64,000 nt of DNA from Eledone cirrhosa (lineage: Eukaryota): NCBI GenBank assembly GCA_964016885.1, contig CAXHJY010000151.1, forward strand, positions 1 through 64,000, in the 5' to 3' direction. The stretch's first letter is position 1. Every line of letters starts with the position of its first letter. Under the pieces are notes generated by a model. That model saw only the letters and a program-made list of their open reading frames with translations, was not told the origin of the DNA and ran no database searches. Shown here one piece after another: positions 47,289-63,059 of this stretch. The translations under genes and the position numbers were made by a program.

Positions 47289-50200
47289 GGAGATTTTTTA
47301 ACACAAAGTCACACAAGGATTAGAAAAATGGCGATAATCACTTTGAAAGTAACAATTATGCAATAAATAGTTGTTATTGCCACGTCTCGTATCCTCCTTT
47401 GGCAATGTGTAAAATGTTAGCGAGATCGAGTGAACAATACACAAGTTATAATACTTTACAGACGGGACTTATACAGTAGATGTAGCCAAATGCGTAGATT
47501 ACGATTCTTGAGACGAGATTAAAATATACGATTAGGGGATATTTTAAGAAGACGAGTAGATGTTTGAGTAGATTTAGCTGCTTTTTCTAGCATTTTTAGT
47601 TATACTTTGAAGCACATTTTTTTTGTTACTATTATATTAAAAGTTATCTGGTTACGTTAATTGACTGGTATTTCTAGCATTTTACAAGGACCACGTGTGT
47701 GTTTTATTTAAGGAAGATCTAGTTGTTATTTCTGATATTTTCTTCATCAAGTTAGTTGCTATTTCCTGCATCCTCTTGAAGACAAGAAATAATAATGAAT
47801 TAGCTGCTGTTTCTAGTAGGTTCTATGGTAGTGATGAGCGTGGGAGGGAGGTTTGACTGCTATTTTTAGCAGGTTCTAAGGCATTGAGGTTTATGTTTTA
47901 CGAGAGATTTGGCTGTTATTTCTAACATGTTATAATGGAGAGAGAGAGAGAGTATAAGATATACAGAGAGAGGGAGTATAAGATATAGAGAGAGGGGGAC
48001 AACCGCCGATGTTTACGTTGAGAAAACCTAATAAAATGTTATAAATGGGTTTATAAAGAATAGAATGAGATAAACAAGACAAAGTTAGATAAAATAAATC
48101 AGCTGTAAGGATATTATACGATATATTTATAATATTTTAATATATTTTTCCTGGTCGTCTGCTGCCATTGATAGAGAGAGGAGTGGTGGGAGGTAGCCAT
48201 AACAACCGTGGTAGCAGCACTGAGGTTTGTTTTTAAAGAAGTGAATACAAGAAAAACAAGCAACTAAGAATATTAATCTCTTAAACCCTTCAAGATGTGT
48301 ATGACAAGAAAGAAGACGTTTTAGAGTCGTATGACATAGATGATAACTGGAAATTCTTACGTGACAACTTACTGCAGGCTACTGAAGAAACTTGTGGCTG
48401 GAGCAGAGCTCCGACCAGACAGAGAGTGACCTGGTGGTGGGACAACACGGTAGATAAGGCCATTAGAGACAAAAGACTAGCATGGAACACTTGAAAAAAT
48501 GGTGGGAGTAGAGACCGATACACAGCTGCTAAGAGAGAAGCTAGACGTCAGATGTACTTAGCACGCACGGAGGCTGAGAGTAGGAGGTTTGCCAATGTTC
48601 TGTGATGGGAAGATCAGAGGCGTGCGGTGTTCCACATTGCAAGGCATGGTGTCAGTGTAAATCAGGATGTTGTTGGAGATAAGTGTATCCGGAATGATGC
48701 CAGTGTACTTGGTGTCACGAATGATCAAAAAAAGGAGGCCTGGAAATATCATTATGAGAGGCTGATGAATTGTGGAGAATGAATGGGAGAGAGGGAAACT
48801 ATCCCCAGTAGACTCAACAGAGGGACCAGCTATTGAGATTGGGGAATATAGGGTACAAGAGGCAATTAAGGAAATGAAGAATGGCAAGGCTACATTTAAC
48901 CCTTTAGCATTTAAACCAGCCATACCTAGCCAGAATACTCTCACATCTTTCTGTTCAAACCAGCCATAACTGGCCACTCATACTGACGTTAAGGTATTGT
49001 TCTCAATATAAATAATATCAAAATCTCATAGATTCGATATTATATGAGATAATTATTTAAGATAAAGCCTTTACCACAAAAATACAATAGTATATATAGA
49101 GTAATAAAAATGCTAAAGGGTAAAAGTAGCTTATTATTTTGTGAGCTCTTGCTACTTATTGCTCTTGTGCATCAAGAACATACACAGCTTACATTTTGTT
49201 GCTAATCTCACTGAGATCCAACTACATCTCTTGTTTATCCATAGTTTGGAATTTCTACCTACTCCTTTCCTTTAGAATGATCAAGGCCATTTTCTTGTGG
49301 GGATCTAGGCCCTGTTTTCCTTTCTATTTTGCCAAGTTATCTTACATCACTTTCATTCTAGACCATGCTTCCAGGTTTGGAATTTCTCCTCTAATTTTAC
49401 CACAGATTAAGTGACAAGGGTTCAATCATGTGCATACAGGAGTTCCCATGGACAGCCAGTAATATGTAATAGCCTGCAGGATGATAATAAACAGAAGAGG
49501 GTTAATTACAGAGCCCTGATAGAGGGTTAATAACAGAGCCCTGATAGACTTGTTCACTCAACTCCTCACTATAGCCATCATTACTTTTAACCTTACTGAC
49601 TGCTCCTCCATACATGGCTTTTACTGCTCTCACAAGCCACTCATATACCCCTAGTTTTCTAAGTTATACACCAGATTAGGGAAGGGGGAAGTCTCACAGA
49701 AGCTCTCTCTGGGTCAACAAATGCCAAGTAGAGGGGCTTATTTTAGCTAGGTACTACTCTTGCAGTTGCCACACAAGGAAGAGGACATCAGTGGTACTTT
49801 TACCTGGCACAAATCCAAACTTCATCTCATCTAGGTTAACTTGGTCCCTAATCAGCTGTGTTATAAATCTAACACCTTCATGAAGTGGTCCATCTAATAT
49901 CTCTATAGTTTTCTAGCTCTAGTACATCTCCTTTGCCCTTGTAGCAGTTGATGATGATGATACTACACCATTTATTTGGTATGACACCATTTTGTATTAC
50001 ATGCTGTACGATACCAGTGGTTAAGATGTGACCCACCATCCCAGATACTTTCAGTATCTCAGCAACTATCACCAATGGACAAGATACTTTCTCTGTCTTC
50101 ATATCCTTAATTACCTTACTTCATATCCTTAATTACCTTACTGCTTACTTGTATGGCTGGACCCTCTGTTGGGCCCACTTTCCGTAGACTATCTTCCTCC

Positions 50201-53178
50201 CATGCATTCTCCTCATTCAGTAATCTTTCATAAAGGCATTTCCATGTTACAAAGGTTGGCTGAAAAGTTCATAGACTATCAATGATAGCATGATGCTAGA
50301 GCTGTGAAATCTTGCCTGCATTAATTTCAACTCTTCTTATTAATAACTGCATTGTTTCCTTCCAGGGACTATGTTGAAAAATAAACCTCATTTGGTCATT
50401 CCATGAGTGTATCTTGGTCTGCCTATGAACTTTTCAGCTGACCCTATTCAGCATCAGTGAGCCCAAATGCCCCATTATCATCCTGGACACACTTTACCCC
50501 AACATCACAATTTGCCCTCACACACTGCCTCACAATCCTGAACATCTCATGTATTTCATCCTCACATCATAAAACCAACTGAAATTATATATTCTCTGCT
50601 TCCCTCCTTGCAAAGAATACTTCTTGCCTAGCTTCCTGTAGTGTACCCTCCAGCTGCCTCCATTCTGCCATTATTCCATGCCTGTCTCTTGGCCTTAACT
50701 GTCTCATCTACCCTAGTGTTTCACCACCAAGATACTCTCCTCTCTGAAGCCCTGCTCCAGCCACAGATCTAGTTTGACACCTTCAGCAAAGGTTCTTTAA
50801 GGAACTCCCACTGTTCCCCTATATTGTATGTTTCTATTTGTTCTTCCTTACTGTTGTAAAGATCAAACAAAATATCTCTAAATTTGGAACTGGCTGAGGG
50901 GTCCTTTAACTTCCATATCCTTCTCCTCCAAGTTGCCCTCAGTCTTCAAGTTCATCTAAGTCTATGAAATCACTAACTACTGGGTTATGTTGGGAGGTGC
51001 ATTCTTCCCCAGGGGGTGGGGATTGTGTGTTTACAAATGTCAATATCTCATCTTCTGGTGAGGATAAAAATCTGACTGGCATGCTCCTCTGACCAATAGG
51101 TGTTGAAGTGGTTGTCGGGTAAACGTTAAGACCCTCTGATATACATATATATATATATACTAGCAGTGGTACCCGGCGTTGCACGGGATAACGTATTTCG
51201 GAACGCGGGCCGCCATCTTCCACTTCAGCCGGTCGCCCTAAAGTGTTGGCTATTCAGTCTACTTGAGGCCAGTTGGTGAGGGGGGGTAAAGCTTTCAGTG
51301 TGCTACTACCCTCACGGTCAAATAGAAAGGGAGAGGAAGAAAAGTCAGCGTTAATATCGTGCTACACGTTTGAAAGGTTGGATGACCTTAGAGTTCACCA
51401 GGGTGGGGGGTTCTAAAAGTATCTATCTTGGTATTTTATCTTAGAAGTAATCATTACAGAGTGTACTGGGTGTATTTTAGTGGGCAGTAATTCCATAAAG
51501 AACACAGTATAATCTGTGGACACAAGCCTTGCAGTGTGATTACAGGCAGGTTAATGGGAAAGATAGATTATATATGTGACATGATGTACATGAGAAGTGA
51601 GGACACAGACCACACATGAAATAGATTCCTACAACTGTCAGGGAGGCTCCCTAGAATTACAGATGACATATTTCAATATCTCGGTGATCAAGTTAGCAGT
51701 GGAGGAAGAATCTCTAAAAGTGTAATACCCAGGATAAGGACAGGCTGGAAGAAGTTTAGAGTACTGTTCCATCTGTTGACAACAAAGGGCTTCTCTCTCA
51801 GAATGGAGGCTAGACTGCTTGATACTTATGTGTGGTCTGCAATCTACACCCCAGCCATGCCCCTTCCACTACCACTCCTTAGCTATTTCTCTCCATTAAT
51901 ACTCCTCACATTTCAAGCAGTTTTCTCATCTCAATGAAAGAAAAATATTGGGCTCAAGAGAAGTCTTCAGTTATGCCATGGTGTGGCAACCTCCCTAGGG
52001 TTGGGCAGAGTGTAAATGAGAGTGAAATTAGGTATGAGAGGGATCATATGCAGTATACAAGAGAGTAGATTACATTGGTATGGTCATGTGATGGGTATAA
52101 AGGATGACAGCTGTATAAAAATGTGCTGGGCAATCAAAGTTGATGGAAGTTATGAAGGCGGAAGACCCAGGATGACCTGGGATGAGGTGATAAAAGATGA
52201 CTTTGCACAATTGCAACTCTCAAAGACAATGACACAGGATAGAGATCTTGAGATGTATGCAGCAATACAGAAGGCCTGCTTTCCAATGTGCACGGACTCA
52301 AACATACATCTAGTAGGCCCCTCCTAACCACTATACTCCTTTCCAAACTCCCACACTCCCACTTCTGTACACACCACCTTTAGACTGTAAAGTGGTAGTG
52401 TACAAGTCACAACAAAAGCACCCAGTCCACTCTGTAAAGTTGATGTGTTGGTGTCATAACAAAAGGCACTCAGTCCACTCTGTAAAGAGGTTGTGTAAGT
52501 GTCACAACAAAGACATCTAGTCCACACTGTAAAGTGGTCATGTAGGTGTCACAACAAAAAGTACCAGTCATTATTGTAAAGTGGTTGTATAGGTGTCATA
52601 ACAAAAAGCACCCAGTCGACACTGTAAAGTGGTTGTGTAGGTGTCAGAACCAAAAGCACCCAGTCCACCCTGTAAAGTGGTTGTGTAGGTGTCATGATAA
52701 AAAGCACCCAGTCCACACAGTAAAGTGGTCATGTAGGTGTCACTAAAAAAGCACCCAGTCTACTCTGTAAAGTGGTCATGTAGGTGTCATGACAAATAGC
52801 ACCCAGTCCACCCTGTAAAGTGTTCATGTAGGTGTCATGATGGAGAGTAACCAGTCCACAATGTAAAGTAGCCATGTAGCTGTCACAACAAAGCACCCAG
52901 TCCACACTGTAAAGTGGTCATGTAGGTGTCATTTCAAAAAGCACCCAGGTCCATGGCTTGGCCTGCTAACCGACGCTATACCCAAGTCGGTCGCCATGCT
53001 TTCCAGCATAGAGTTACGTCTCTTTATGGTCTGAGTTCAAATCACGCCGAGGTTAACTTTGCCTTTCATCCTTACGGGGTCGATAAAATAAAGCACCAGT
53101 AATGTACTGGGGTCGATTTAATCGACTTTCCCCTCCTCTGCCAAATGACACACACATGCATGGTTCGGGGGAACCTAC

Positions 53179-53216
<38 letters not shown>

Positions 53217-54095
53217 GTAGGTCACTGGTTGAGTCGGTATTAACCACAGTAACTAAGGTACTCAATACATATTAGATATAGGTGTCTTTCTAATTGCTGG
53301 CCTTGTTCATAAGGTATACACAAGTATGATGTGTGTCTGTTTAACTGTACGTGTGAAAACATCGCGAAATTGCGCCTTTTAATATTTGAATATAAACAGT
53401 TAAAAAATAATTATTTTAGTAATTTTTAAATATCGATAATGTGTATATAAATATTAGAAATCAATTTAATTAGTTCAGTAACATTACTCGGAGTTAAGAT
53501 AAACCTTCATTTGAAGAAATTCGAGATTTGACCAAATAAATAGATTATGTGATCAATAAAAAAAATATGTATACGCGCTTGAACGACGGGTTGCAGACAG
53601 TCAGGCATACAGACACATATTTTAAAGCGTGCGACGTTAAAAGTGTTACTCTCTCTCTTTTTAGATAGATAGACTTAATTAAAGCAGTTTCACTCTCTCT
53701 ATATTTCATCAGCTGTCTCTCTCTTAAATTGAAAGATTCATTAAGGCTGAAATAATCTAAACAGTAACATCATGTTTCGCCAGCTCTAGCTTGCGTCCAG
53801 AGATATACACACACATATATATATATTTTTTTTGTTATCGAGTTGAGCTTTGCCAAGCATAGAATTCCAAATTTGACCATCTCCACTGAAAATGTTCGTG
53901 AAATAGTCTTTAAGAAGCAATTTAATTTTTTCCAACTGAAACTGTAAGTATTTTAAAATTTATTTCAACATGGTCTTAAAAGATTGTTGGCTTTTTTTAA
54001 ATTCATAACTATTTACTATGAAATATAAATTATTAAATCCAATTTATTTGATAACCATGATTTGATTTTATAATTACCTGAATCACGTTAACATG

Positions 54096-54136
<41 letters not shown>

Positions 54137-54389
54137 GTGTGTGTATATATATATATATATAATAATTGTTTCTACGTTACGCAGTGTATTACTGGTACTG
54201 TATTTTACGATATTAAATATTAAATATTAACTATTAGATATTAAATATTAAATATTAGATATTAGATATTAAATATTAAATATGATATCCCTGAAATATA
54301 TATAATGAAATAAATATGGTTTTATAAATGTAATTTCCATTTGTTTAATATCAAATATATATATATATATATATATGTATTTATGTATA

Positions 54390-54453
<64 letters not shown>

Positions 54454-54482
54454 GCAGACACAGACACAGAATATCGTATATA

Positions 54483-54540
<58 letters not shown>

Positions 54541-54767
54541 GCAGACACAGACACAGAATATCGTATATATCACACACACACAATTAAGACTTGACGTGTT
54601 GCAGACAGCCAGACATACAGAGAGATATTTTAAAGCGTGCGACCTTAAATACCTTACTCTTTCTCTTATCAAAAGAGAAAGAGTAATGCTAACACTTACG
54701 TCTACTTCACGCTCTCTTGAACCGTTACAGAAATTGCATCACATCTAATTATAACTTTGTACGTTTG

Positions 54768-54842
<75 letters not shown>

Positions 54843-54848
54843 GCACAC

Positions 54849-54879
<31 letters not shown>

Positions 54880-54882
54880 CAC

Positions 54883-54934
<52 letters not shown>

Positions 54935-54967
54935 GTGTGTGTGTGTATATATATACACACACACGTG

Positions 54968-54998
<31 letters not shown>

Positions 54999-55003
54999 GT
55001 GTG

Positions 55004-55036
<33 letters not shown>

Positions 55037-55402
55037 GTGTGTGTATATATATATATATCTGTCTCTCTCCCTGTCTCTCACTCTGCCTCTATCCCCCCTC
55101 TCTCTCTCTGTCTCTCCCCCCCCTCTCTCTCTCTCTAGTAGTAGAGAGAGAGAGAGATATAAACGTATAACCCTAAACCTAACCCATCTCTCTCACTCTC
55201 TCTCTCCCCCTCTCTCTCTCTTCTCTCTCTCACTCTCCCTCTACCCCTCCCTCTCTCTATTTCTCTCTCTCTCTCTCCAGTAGTAGAGAGAGACAAAGAG
55301 AGAGAGAGAGATATAAACGTATAACCCTAACCAAACCCTAACCCAACTCTAACCCAACCCTAACCCTAACCCCAACCCTAACTCTAACCTAACCCTAACC
55401 CA

Positions 55403-55433
<31 letters not shown>

Positions 55434-55722
55434 ACCCCCTCTCTCTCTCTCTAGTAGTAGAGAGAGAGACAAAGAGAGAGAGAGAGATATAAACGTATAA
55501 CCCTAACCCATCTCTCTCTCTCTATTTCTCCCCCCCTCTCTCTCTCTCTAGTAGTAGAGAGAGAGAGACAAAGAGAGAGAGAGATATAAACGTATAACCC
55601 TAACCCAACCCTAACCTCTCTCTCTCCCCCCTCTCTCTCTCTATTCCCCCCTCTCTCTCTCTCTCTAGTAGTAGAGAGAGAGAGAGATAGATATAAACGT
55701 ATAACCCTAACCCAACCCTAAC

Positions 55723-55757
<35 letters not shown>

Positions 55758-57728
55758 TTTTTAACATTGTTTTGTTTTTCTTTTCTTTTCTTATTCAGAT
55801 GACAAACGGCAGAGGATACAACAGAAGAAAAGAACAAAGATAATTATTATTATTATTACTATTATTATTTGTTTTATTATAATCAAAATATGCTGTTAGT
55901 TAGATCTGCATTGCGTACATTTTATATAATTTATGCCAGTTCCTTTTCTGCATATCGAACATGGCCATTTCCCTGACGGAATAGAGTTTTGTCCTCTTTC
56001 GTGACACAAAGTACAGCCAGCGGCATCATTGCGGACAGACTTAATCCCGAATTGCACTGACACACTGCCTCTCAATACGGAACACCGCACGTCTTTGATC
56101 TTCTTCCCGTCGATCAGCCTCCTTGCCATGCTAAGTACACCTGACGTCTAGCTTCTCTCTTAGCGGCGGCTTTATATTCTTCTCTACTCCCACTAATTTT
56201 CCAAGCATTCCATGCTAGCCTTTAGTCTCCAATGGCCCGATCTACCGTGCTGTCCCACCACCATGTCACTCTCTGTCTGGTTGGAACTCTGATCCAGCCA
56301 CAAGTTTAATCAGTAGCCTGCAATAAGTTGTCACATAAGAAAATCGAGTTCTCATGTATGTCATACGACTGTGAATCGTCTTCTTTTTCGTCATACACAT
56401 ATTGAAGGGCTTTCCTAAATTTCTATTTTAGTGAAATCTCTTTTAGCTTCCAGACCTTTCTTTTTTCCACATCTTCCTGTATGTCTCAATCATACCTGGA
56501 GCTGTCCAACATGACCATTGAAATCCCCTGCTAGCATAACGATGTCTCCGTCCTGTCATTGTGGCTGTTTGTAAAAATTGCTTGTAAATGAAGTCTTTCT
56601 TTTCTTTACCTAGCAGAAGCAATTAACACTAACCCAACTGTAACACTAACCCTAACACTAACTTATGCAGGCCTAGGTAAAGACAAGAAAGATAAAACAA
56701 GGAGTGATGCTTCTTGAATTTTGTGATGCAAGTGTTTTAACCATTTGCAAAACCAACTTCCACAAACCTGCCTCACTGCCGCCTAATAACCTACAAATCA
56801 GGCAAGCACAGAAGCCGGATTTCTCGGTAGTTAGGCAGCGAGACAGACAGATGGGGTGTGAAGTACCAGGGTGTGCCCCGGGGAGGAATGTTTCCCACAG
56901 CGTGGGTTGGTTGTTGGTGATGTCTCGGTTATCTTGAGACGGAGTGAGACGTGCAGGAATACTCTCACGGAATCGCCAAATGAGGTTTATTTTTCAACAT
57001 AGTCCCTGGAATGAAACAATGTGGTTATTAAGAAGAATTGAAATTAATGTAAGATTTCACAGATCTATGATCAATCCTTCACAGTCAGCTTACAAAGTTT
57101 TCAGCCAAACCTTGTGTATTTCCAACATTTCAAACCCTATCTAGGACTACATTATCTAATGTACAGTACAGTAGTTAGTATTAGTGGCTATCAGACATAG
57201 TGTATCTAAATGCAACATTTTTAACATTGTTTTTTTTTTCTTTTCTTTTCTTTTCTTATTCAGATGACAGACGGCAGAGGATACAATAGAAGAAAAGAAC
57301 AATGATAATTATTATTATTATTATTGTTGTTATTCCTTGAATCTCAGTCATTGATGTTGGTTAACTGGAAAGTCCGTTGGAATGAATATCAAGCCACTAC
57401 CTGCAGCCTCAGATATTCAGGACGTATCGGAGGGTTCTTGCTGTTCCAAGCAAGCATGCCTTTTGAAGCGTTCCAAAAAGCGTGAAGGGGCCGATTTTCT
57501 TTAACCATCCCTGGAAACTTTTGGAGATGGACAAAAAACTGGAACACAATAGACCTGACCTGGTGGTTGTGGACAAAGAAAAAAGATCGTGTCTGATTGT
57601 GGATGTGGCCTGCCCGTTCAACACGAGAGTGCAAGAGAAGGAGAGGGAGAAAATTAACCGATACCAGGACCTAAAGTGGGAGGTGAAAAGGATTTGGAAC
57701 TTCCATGAAGTCAAAGTGATCCCGATTG

Positions 57729-57769
<41 letters not shown>

Positions 57770-59281
57770 TATTATTTGTTTTATTATAATCAAAATATGC
57801 TGTTAGTTAGATCTGCATTGTGTACATTTTATATAATTTATGCCAGTTCCTTTTCTACATATCGAACATGGCCATTTCCCTGACGGAATAGAGTTTTGTC
57901 CTCTTTTCTACTCATCAACACTCATTCGTGACACAAAGTACAGCCAGCGGCATCATTGCGGACAGACTTAATCCTGATTTGCACTGACACACTGCCTCGC
58001 AATACGGAACACCGCACGTCTTTGATCTTCTTCCCGTCGATCAGCCTCCTTGCCATGCAAAGTACACCTGACGTCTAGCTTCTCTCTTAGCGGCGGCGGC
58101 TGTATATTCTTCTCTACTCCCACTAATTTTCCAAGCATTCCATGCTAGTCTTTAGTCTCCAATGGCCCGATCTACAGTTTCTGTCTCAACTCGTCTATGC
58201 TTGGTCGTTCCCGCACATTGACATTGCACATCCAACGGAGCATGCTTGCTTCATTTCTCTCCAGCCGTCGCATGTCCTCTGCAGTTGCTGCCCGTGTCTC
58301 ACTACCATGCAGCATCGCGCATCTAAACCTGGCCCTTACCCTAACCCCAACCTCTTTGGTTTTCGTTTTCTCGACGGCTAGCCGCATTTCGTGATCCGCC
58401 TTTCGATTGCGCTTCCGTCGCGGCAAAAGAATTGCCTTTCCAGACCGCCGTCGCCCGACCGGACCCATGATAGAAGACGTTCGTTACCGTTGGAGCAACG
58501 CAAATTACTCCTCGGTTGACGCCAAAAACGAACGCCTTCCCGCCTCGCGCCGCCTTCTCCTCGCCGACCCTCGGCCTCGACGATTAGCCACTTTCCGTCA
58601 CAGCAGTAGATACGCGTCCGTCGTAATAGCCGTCATTTTAACGCAGGAGAAACGCCTAATTGCCCTGCACCGCGTTTGACGGCGATCTACGACGGCGACG
58701 ATGCGCGCACTCTTCCTTGCTGCGACGAAGGTTTCGGCTTTTCGTCGTGGACCCGGTCAGGTCATGCCGCTGACCTCGCGTTACGGCGACGCGAGAAGAC
58801 GTTCGTTACCGCTGGAGCAACGCAAATTACTCCTCGGTTGACGCCAAAAACGAACGCCTCGCGCCGCCGCTTCCTCCTCGGCCTCGACGATTAGCCGCTT
58901 TCCGTCACAGCAGTAGATACGCGTCCATCGTAATAGCCGTCATTTTAACGCAGGAGAAACGCCTTGACGACGATATACGACGGGTCGACGACGCGCGCAC
59001 TCTTTCTGCTGCGACGAAGGTTTTGGCTTTTCGTTGTGGACCCGGTCGGGTCATGCCTCTGACCTCGCGTTGCGTCGCCACCGCCGCGGCGGGCTTGGGT
59101 TTAGCCGTAGCTACCCTCGTTTTGCCAACGGCGACGCGAGAAGACGTTCGTTACCGCTGGAGCAACGCAAATTACTCCTCGGATGAGGCCAAAAACGAAC
59201 GCTGAAGAGATATTGTCCATGGATATCGGGAATTTTACCCGCCCTAGATAGATAGATAGATAGGGATGTATGTATGTATGT

Positions 59282-59323
<42 letters not shown>

Positions 59324-59702
59324 GTATGTATCTTTCTCATTCTCTCTGTATGTATGTATGTATGTATATATATATAATTATATATTTATAGACATCCTGA
59401 AAGCTTTTTAAATGTCTGAGAGATTGGCTAAATATGTTTTGCAGGTATGACCAGTAAGAGAGAGGTAAGTTATTTCAAAACAATTCTTTGACCATTATTT
59501 TAAGGTACTATCTCAGTGTATTTTTAAATTGACCTCTTGATAGGATGAAATGACCTGTATAATTTTTTTCATATTTAGATGGAATAGAAGAAAAACAAGA
59601 AAAATGAAATGAATTCAAACAGAAAATATACACCAATGCCAATGGAGGTATGATTTCAGTTTAATCTTAACCTAATGACCACTTTACAGAGTGTACTGGA
59701 TA

Positions 59703-59773
<71 letters not shown>

Positions 59774-62700
59774 AGGAAGCTCCAACCGTTAAGGTTGTCT
59801 TTCCATTTATTAATATATTGTGTATTTACTCCACTAAACTGTTGAGTGCTTTATATCAGTTATAAAAAAATTTCAGCTTGTTGAATCCCAAAATAGTTGT
59901 TGAAACAGCCACAGCTCAGCCGTCGGGGTCCTGAATATTTATCATATATATATACGTATGAGTGTGTGTGTTTTGAGAATTAATAATTATATAAACAAGT
60001 TTGTAATGAACAATTTATTTCTTATCAAAACTGTATAAACATGATATTATTTACAGTAAGAATAACAATAATAATGATGGTTTCTAGTAAAGGTGGAAGG
60101 CCAGTAATTTGGGGGAGGGGAAAGTTGATTAAATCGAAGAGAGAAAGAAAGAAAAAACAGAACGGGAAGGAGAGGGGATGGCAAGAGGTCCGGTGTCGCA
60201 GGAGAGAGGGGAGGGTGGTTGAGCTTTGAGTCTAGGGCAAGAGGGCAGAAATGCTGCGCCCCACGGATAAGACGGCAAAAATATTCTCGCGGACGATGGC
60301 CAGAGATACCCAATGCAACAACCACCCAACCTCGCGGTGTTCCCTCCTCAGATGGGCTGCTGACTCTCCGATCTTTTGGAGGAGCTCGGCAGTACAAGGT
60401 CCAAGTACTCCTGGGGTCTCGACGTTGACTGGTGCAGAGAGGAAGTGGCCGGACAATCCTCGGTATTTGTTTATTTTACGTTCTTCTGCGAGGTGGGCTG
60501 CGATGCCGGGGTTTGTGACCGAAACGACTTGGAAACGAAGTTGTAGGCGGAGATTGTGTCGTAGCTGGTGGTGTCCCAGATGAGGGACCTACGTCCTTCG
60601 AATGGGAAGAGAGTGATTCCGTCGGGGCGCTTGCCATCTCCGGGACCTGTTGGCCCCAGTTGTGATGGGAAGCCAGCTGCGTCCAGGCTTCTTCTCAATA
60701 TGTCGTTGACAACGACGTGTATCTATTCAATAATTATTTGAATATTGAAATTTTAGGTTTAACTACCTTTTAAACCAAATACATTAAGAAAGGCATGACC
60801 AACACCACATCATTTTTATTTCTATTTTGAAAGTAGGTTTATAAGTATTAAATTTCAGTAGATTCTTATATCCTTCATGGTGGTCTGGTGGGAGATACGA
60901 GAGATGGTGGAGGTTCTGGTCTGGGGTTCAATCCTGCTCAGGAGATACTCTAAGGGGGTTCATACTAAACTTCTTCAGTGTTTCTTATCTCTAGAGACAA
61001 ATATATATACATAAGGTAATCTGGTAAAGTTGTTAGAACATCACATAGAATTCTTTGTAGTATTTTTTCCAGTTCTTCAATCTGAGTTCAACTTTACTTT
61101 TCTTCCATTCGGGGTTGATAATAACGTACCAGTCAAATACTAGGGGTTAATTCTTCCTCTATATCTCTTTCTCACTCTCTGTCTGTTTTATTAAGACCTG
61201 GAGAGGTGATGTACTCTACCAGGTTTTATAATGAGTGATGGGGTCATACCTGCCTGCTACACCTCTGTGTACTAAGTGTAGCATATTATATCCTTGTTCA
61301 GGGCCTTCCTGACATTACTGTGTACTAAGGGTAGCATTTTATATCCTTGTTCAGGGCCATCTTAACATTGCTGTGTACTAAGTGTAGCATATTATATCCT
61401 TGTTCGGGGCCTTCCTGACATTAGTGTGTACTGAGTGTAGATTTTAACATCCTTGTTCTGGGCCTTCCTAACATTACTGTGTACTGAGTGTAGATTTTAA
61501 CATCTTTGTTCAGAGCCTTCCTTACATTACTGTGTACTAAGTGTAGCATTTCATATACTTGTTCTGGGCCTTCCTAACGTTACTGTGGAAATAGTAGTTT
61601 ATATCCAATATGTAATATAGATATGGATTCTACAGGACTAAAACTCATTAATATGAGGGGTATTAGTAGATTATATGCCATATTTAATAGAGAAATGGCT
61701 TCTACAAGACTAAAACTCATTAATATGAGGGGTATTACAGTTTATATGCCATATTTAATACAGAAATGGCTTCTAAAGGACTAGAACTCTTTAAATTGAA
61801 TAAAATAGTAGTATATATCCTATGTTTAATACAGAAATGCCTTCTAAAGGACTCATTAATATGAGTGAGGGTATTAGTAGATTATATAACATATTTAATA
61901 CAGAAATGGCTTTTAAATTCAGGGACTCGTTAATTTGATGGAAATAGTAGTGTCTATGCAATATTTAATACAGAAATAGCTTCTACAGGACTAAAACTAA
62001 TTAATATGAGGGGTATTAGTAGTATATGTGCCATATTTAATACAGAGATGGCTTCTAAATGGAGGTATCTCATTAATTCGATTGAAATGGTAGTGTATAT
62101 GCAATATTTAATACAGAAATAGCTTCTACAAGAATAAAACTCATTAATATGAAGGTTATTATTACATTATATGCCATATTTAATACAGAAATCGGTTCTA
62201 AAGGACTAGAACTCTTTAATTCAAATCAAATAGTAGTATAAAGCAATATTTACTACAGAAATGGCTTCTACAAGACTAAAAATCCTTAATATGAGGGGTA
62301 TTGTTAGATTATATACCATATTTAATACAGAAATGGCTTCTAAATGAAGAAATCTCTTTAATTCGATAGTAATAGTAATAATAATAATAGTAATAGTAAT
62401 AATACAGCCAATTTTCCACGCAATACTTTTAGTTAGCACCCCGAACGCATAATTGGGAATATAATCACTTATTTCCTAATGTTTGTTGAGTGAGTTGGGA
62501 AAAAAAACTTGGGAAATATATTTTCAGGGTCTCAAAATCTTAAAGAGAAAAAAAAGTCCTGTGGAAGGTAGCAAAACAATTAGGAAGAAAATGGTTTGAA
62601 GTTGGTTGGTGAGTATAAGATTACAGTATCTTGTTGATTTCTATAAAGTTTACTTTTAACTGAATTGGTAAAAATGGATAAATTAGAAGACACAATATAA

Positions 62701-63021
62701 TAACTAATATTGTCTTCTAAAACAGGGAATAAAAATATGTTGGTGTATTGGGGGGGGGGGGGTAAACATGTGAGTTAATGGGAATGTTTTTGTTTGTTTT
62801 TATTGAAACATATTCAATCTACAGATAGGTTGTTATAGTTATTTAGTCTCGGGTCTGCCATTATCTGCAGATTTATAATTGAGGGGTGTTCCAGGTGTGA
62901 CCACCCTACATTATTCCTAGAGATTGTTACTCCTTCATTCTTCAGTCATCTTGGTCTTCTTATGAGATGGTGGTGTAGTCTTATTTATTGTTAAGGTTAT
63001 GGTCTTCCTTTGTCCACACTC

Positions 63022-63059
<38 letters not shown>
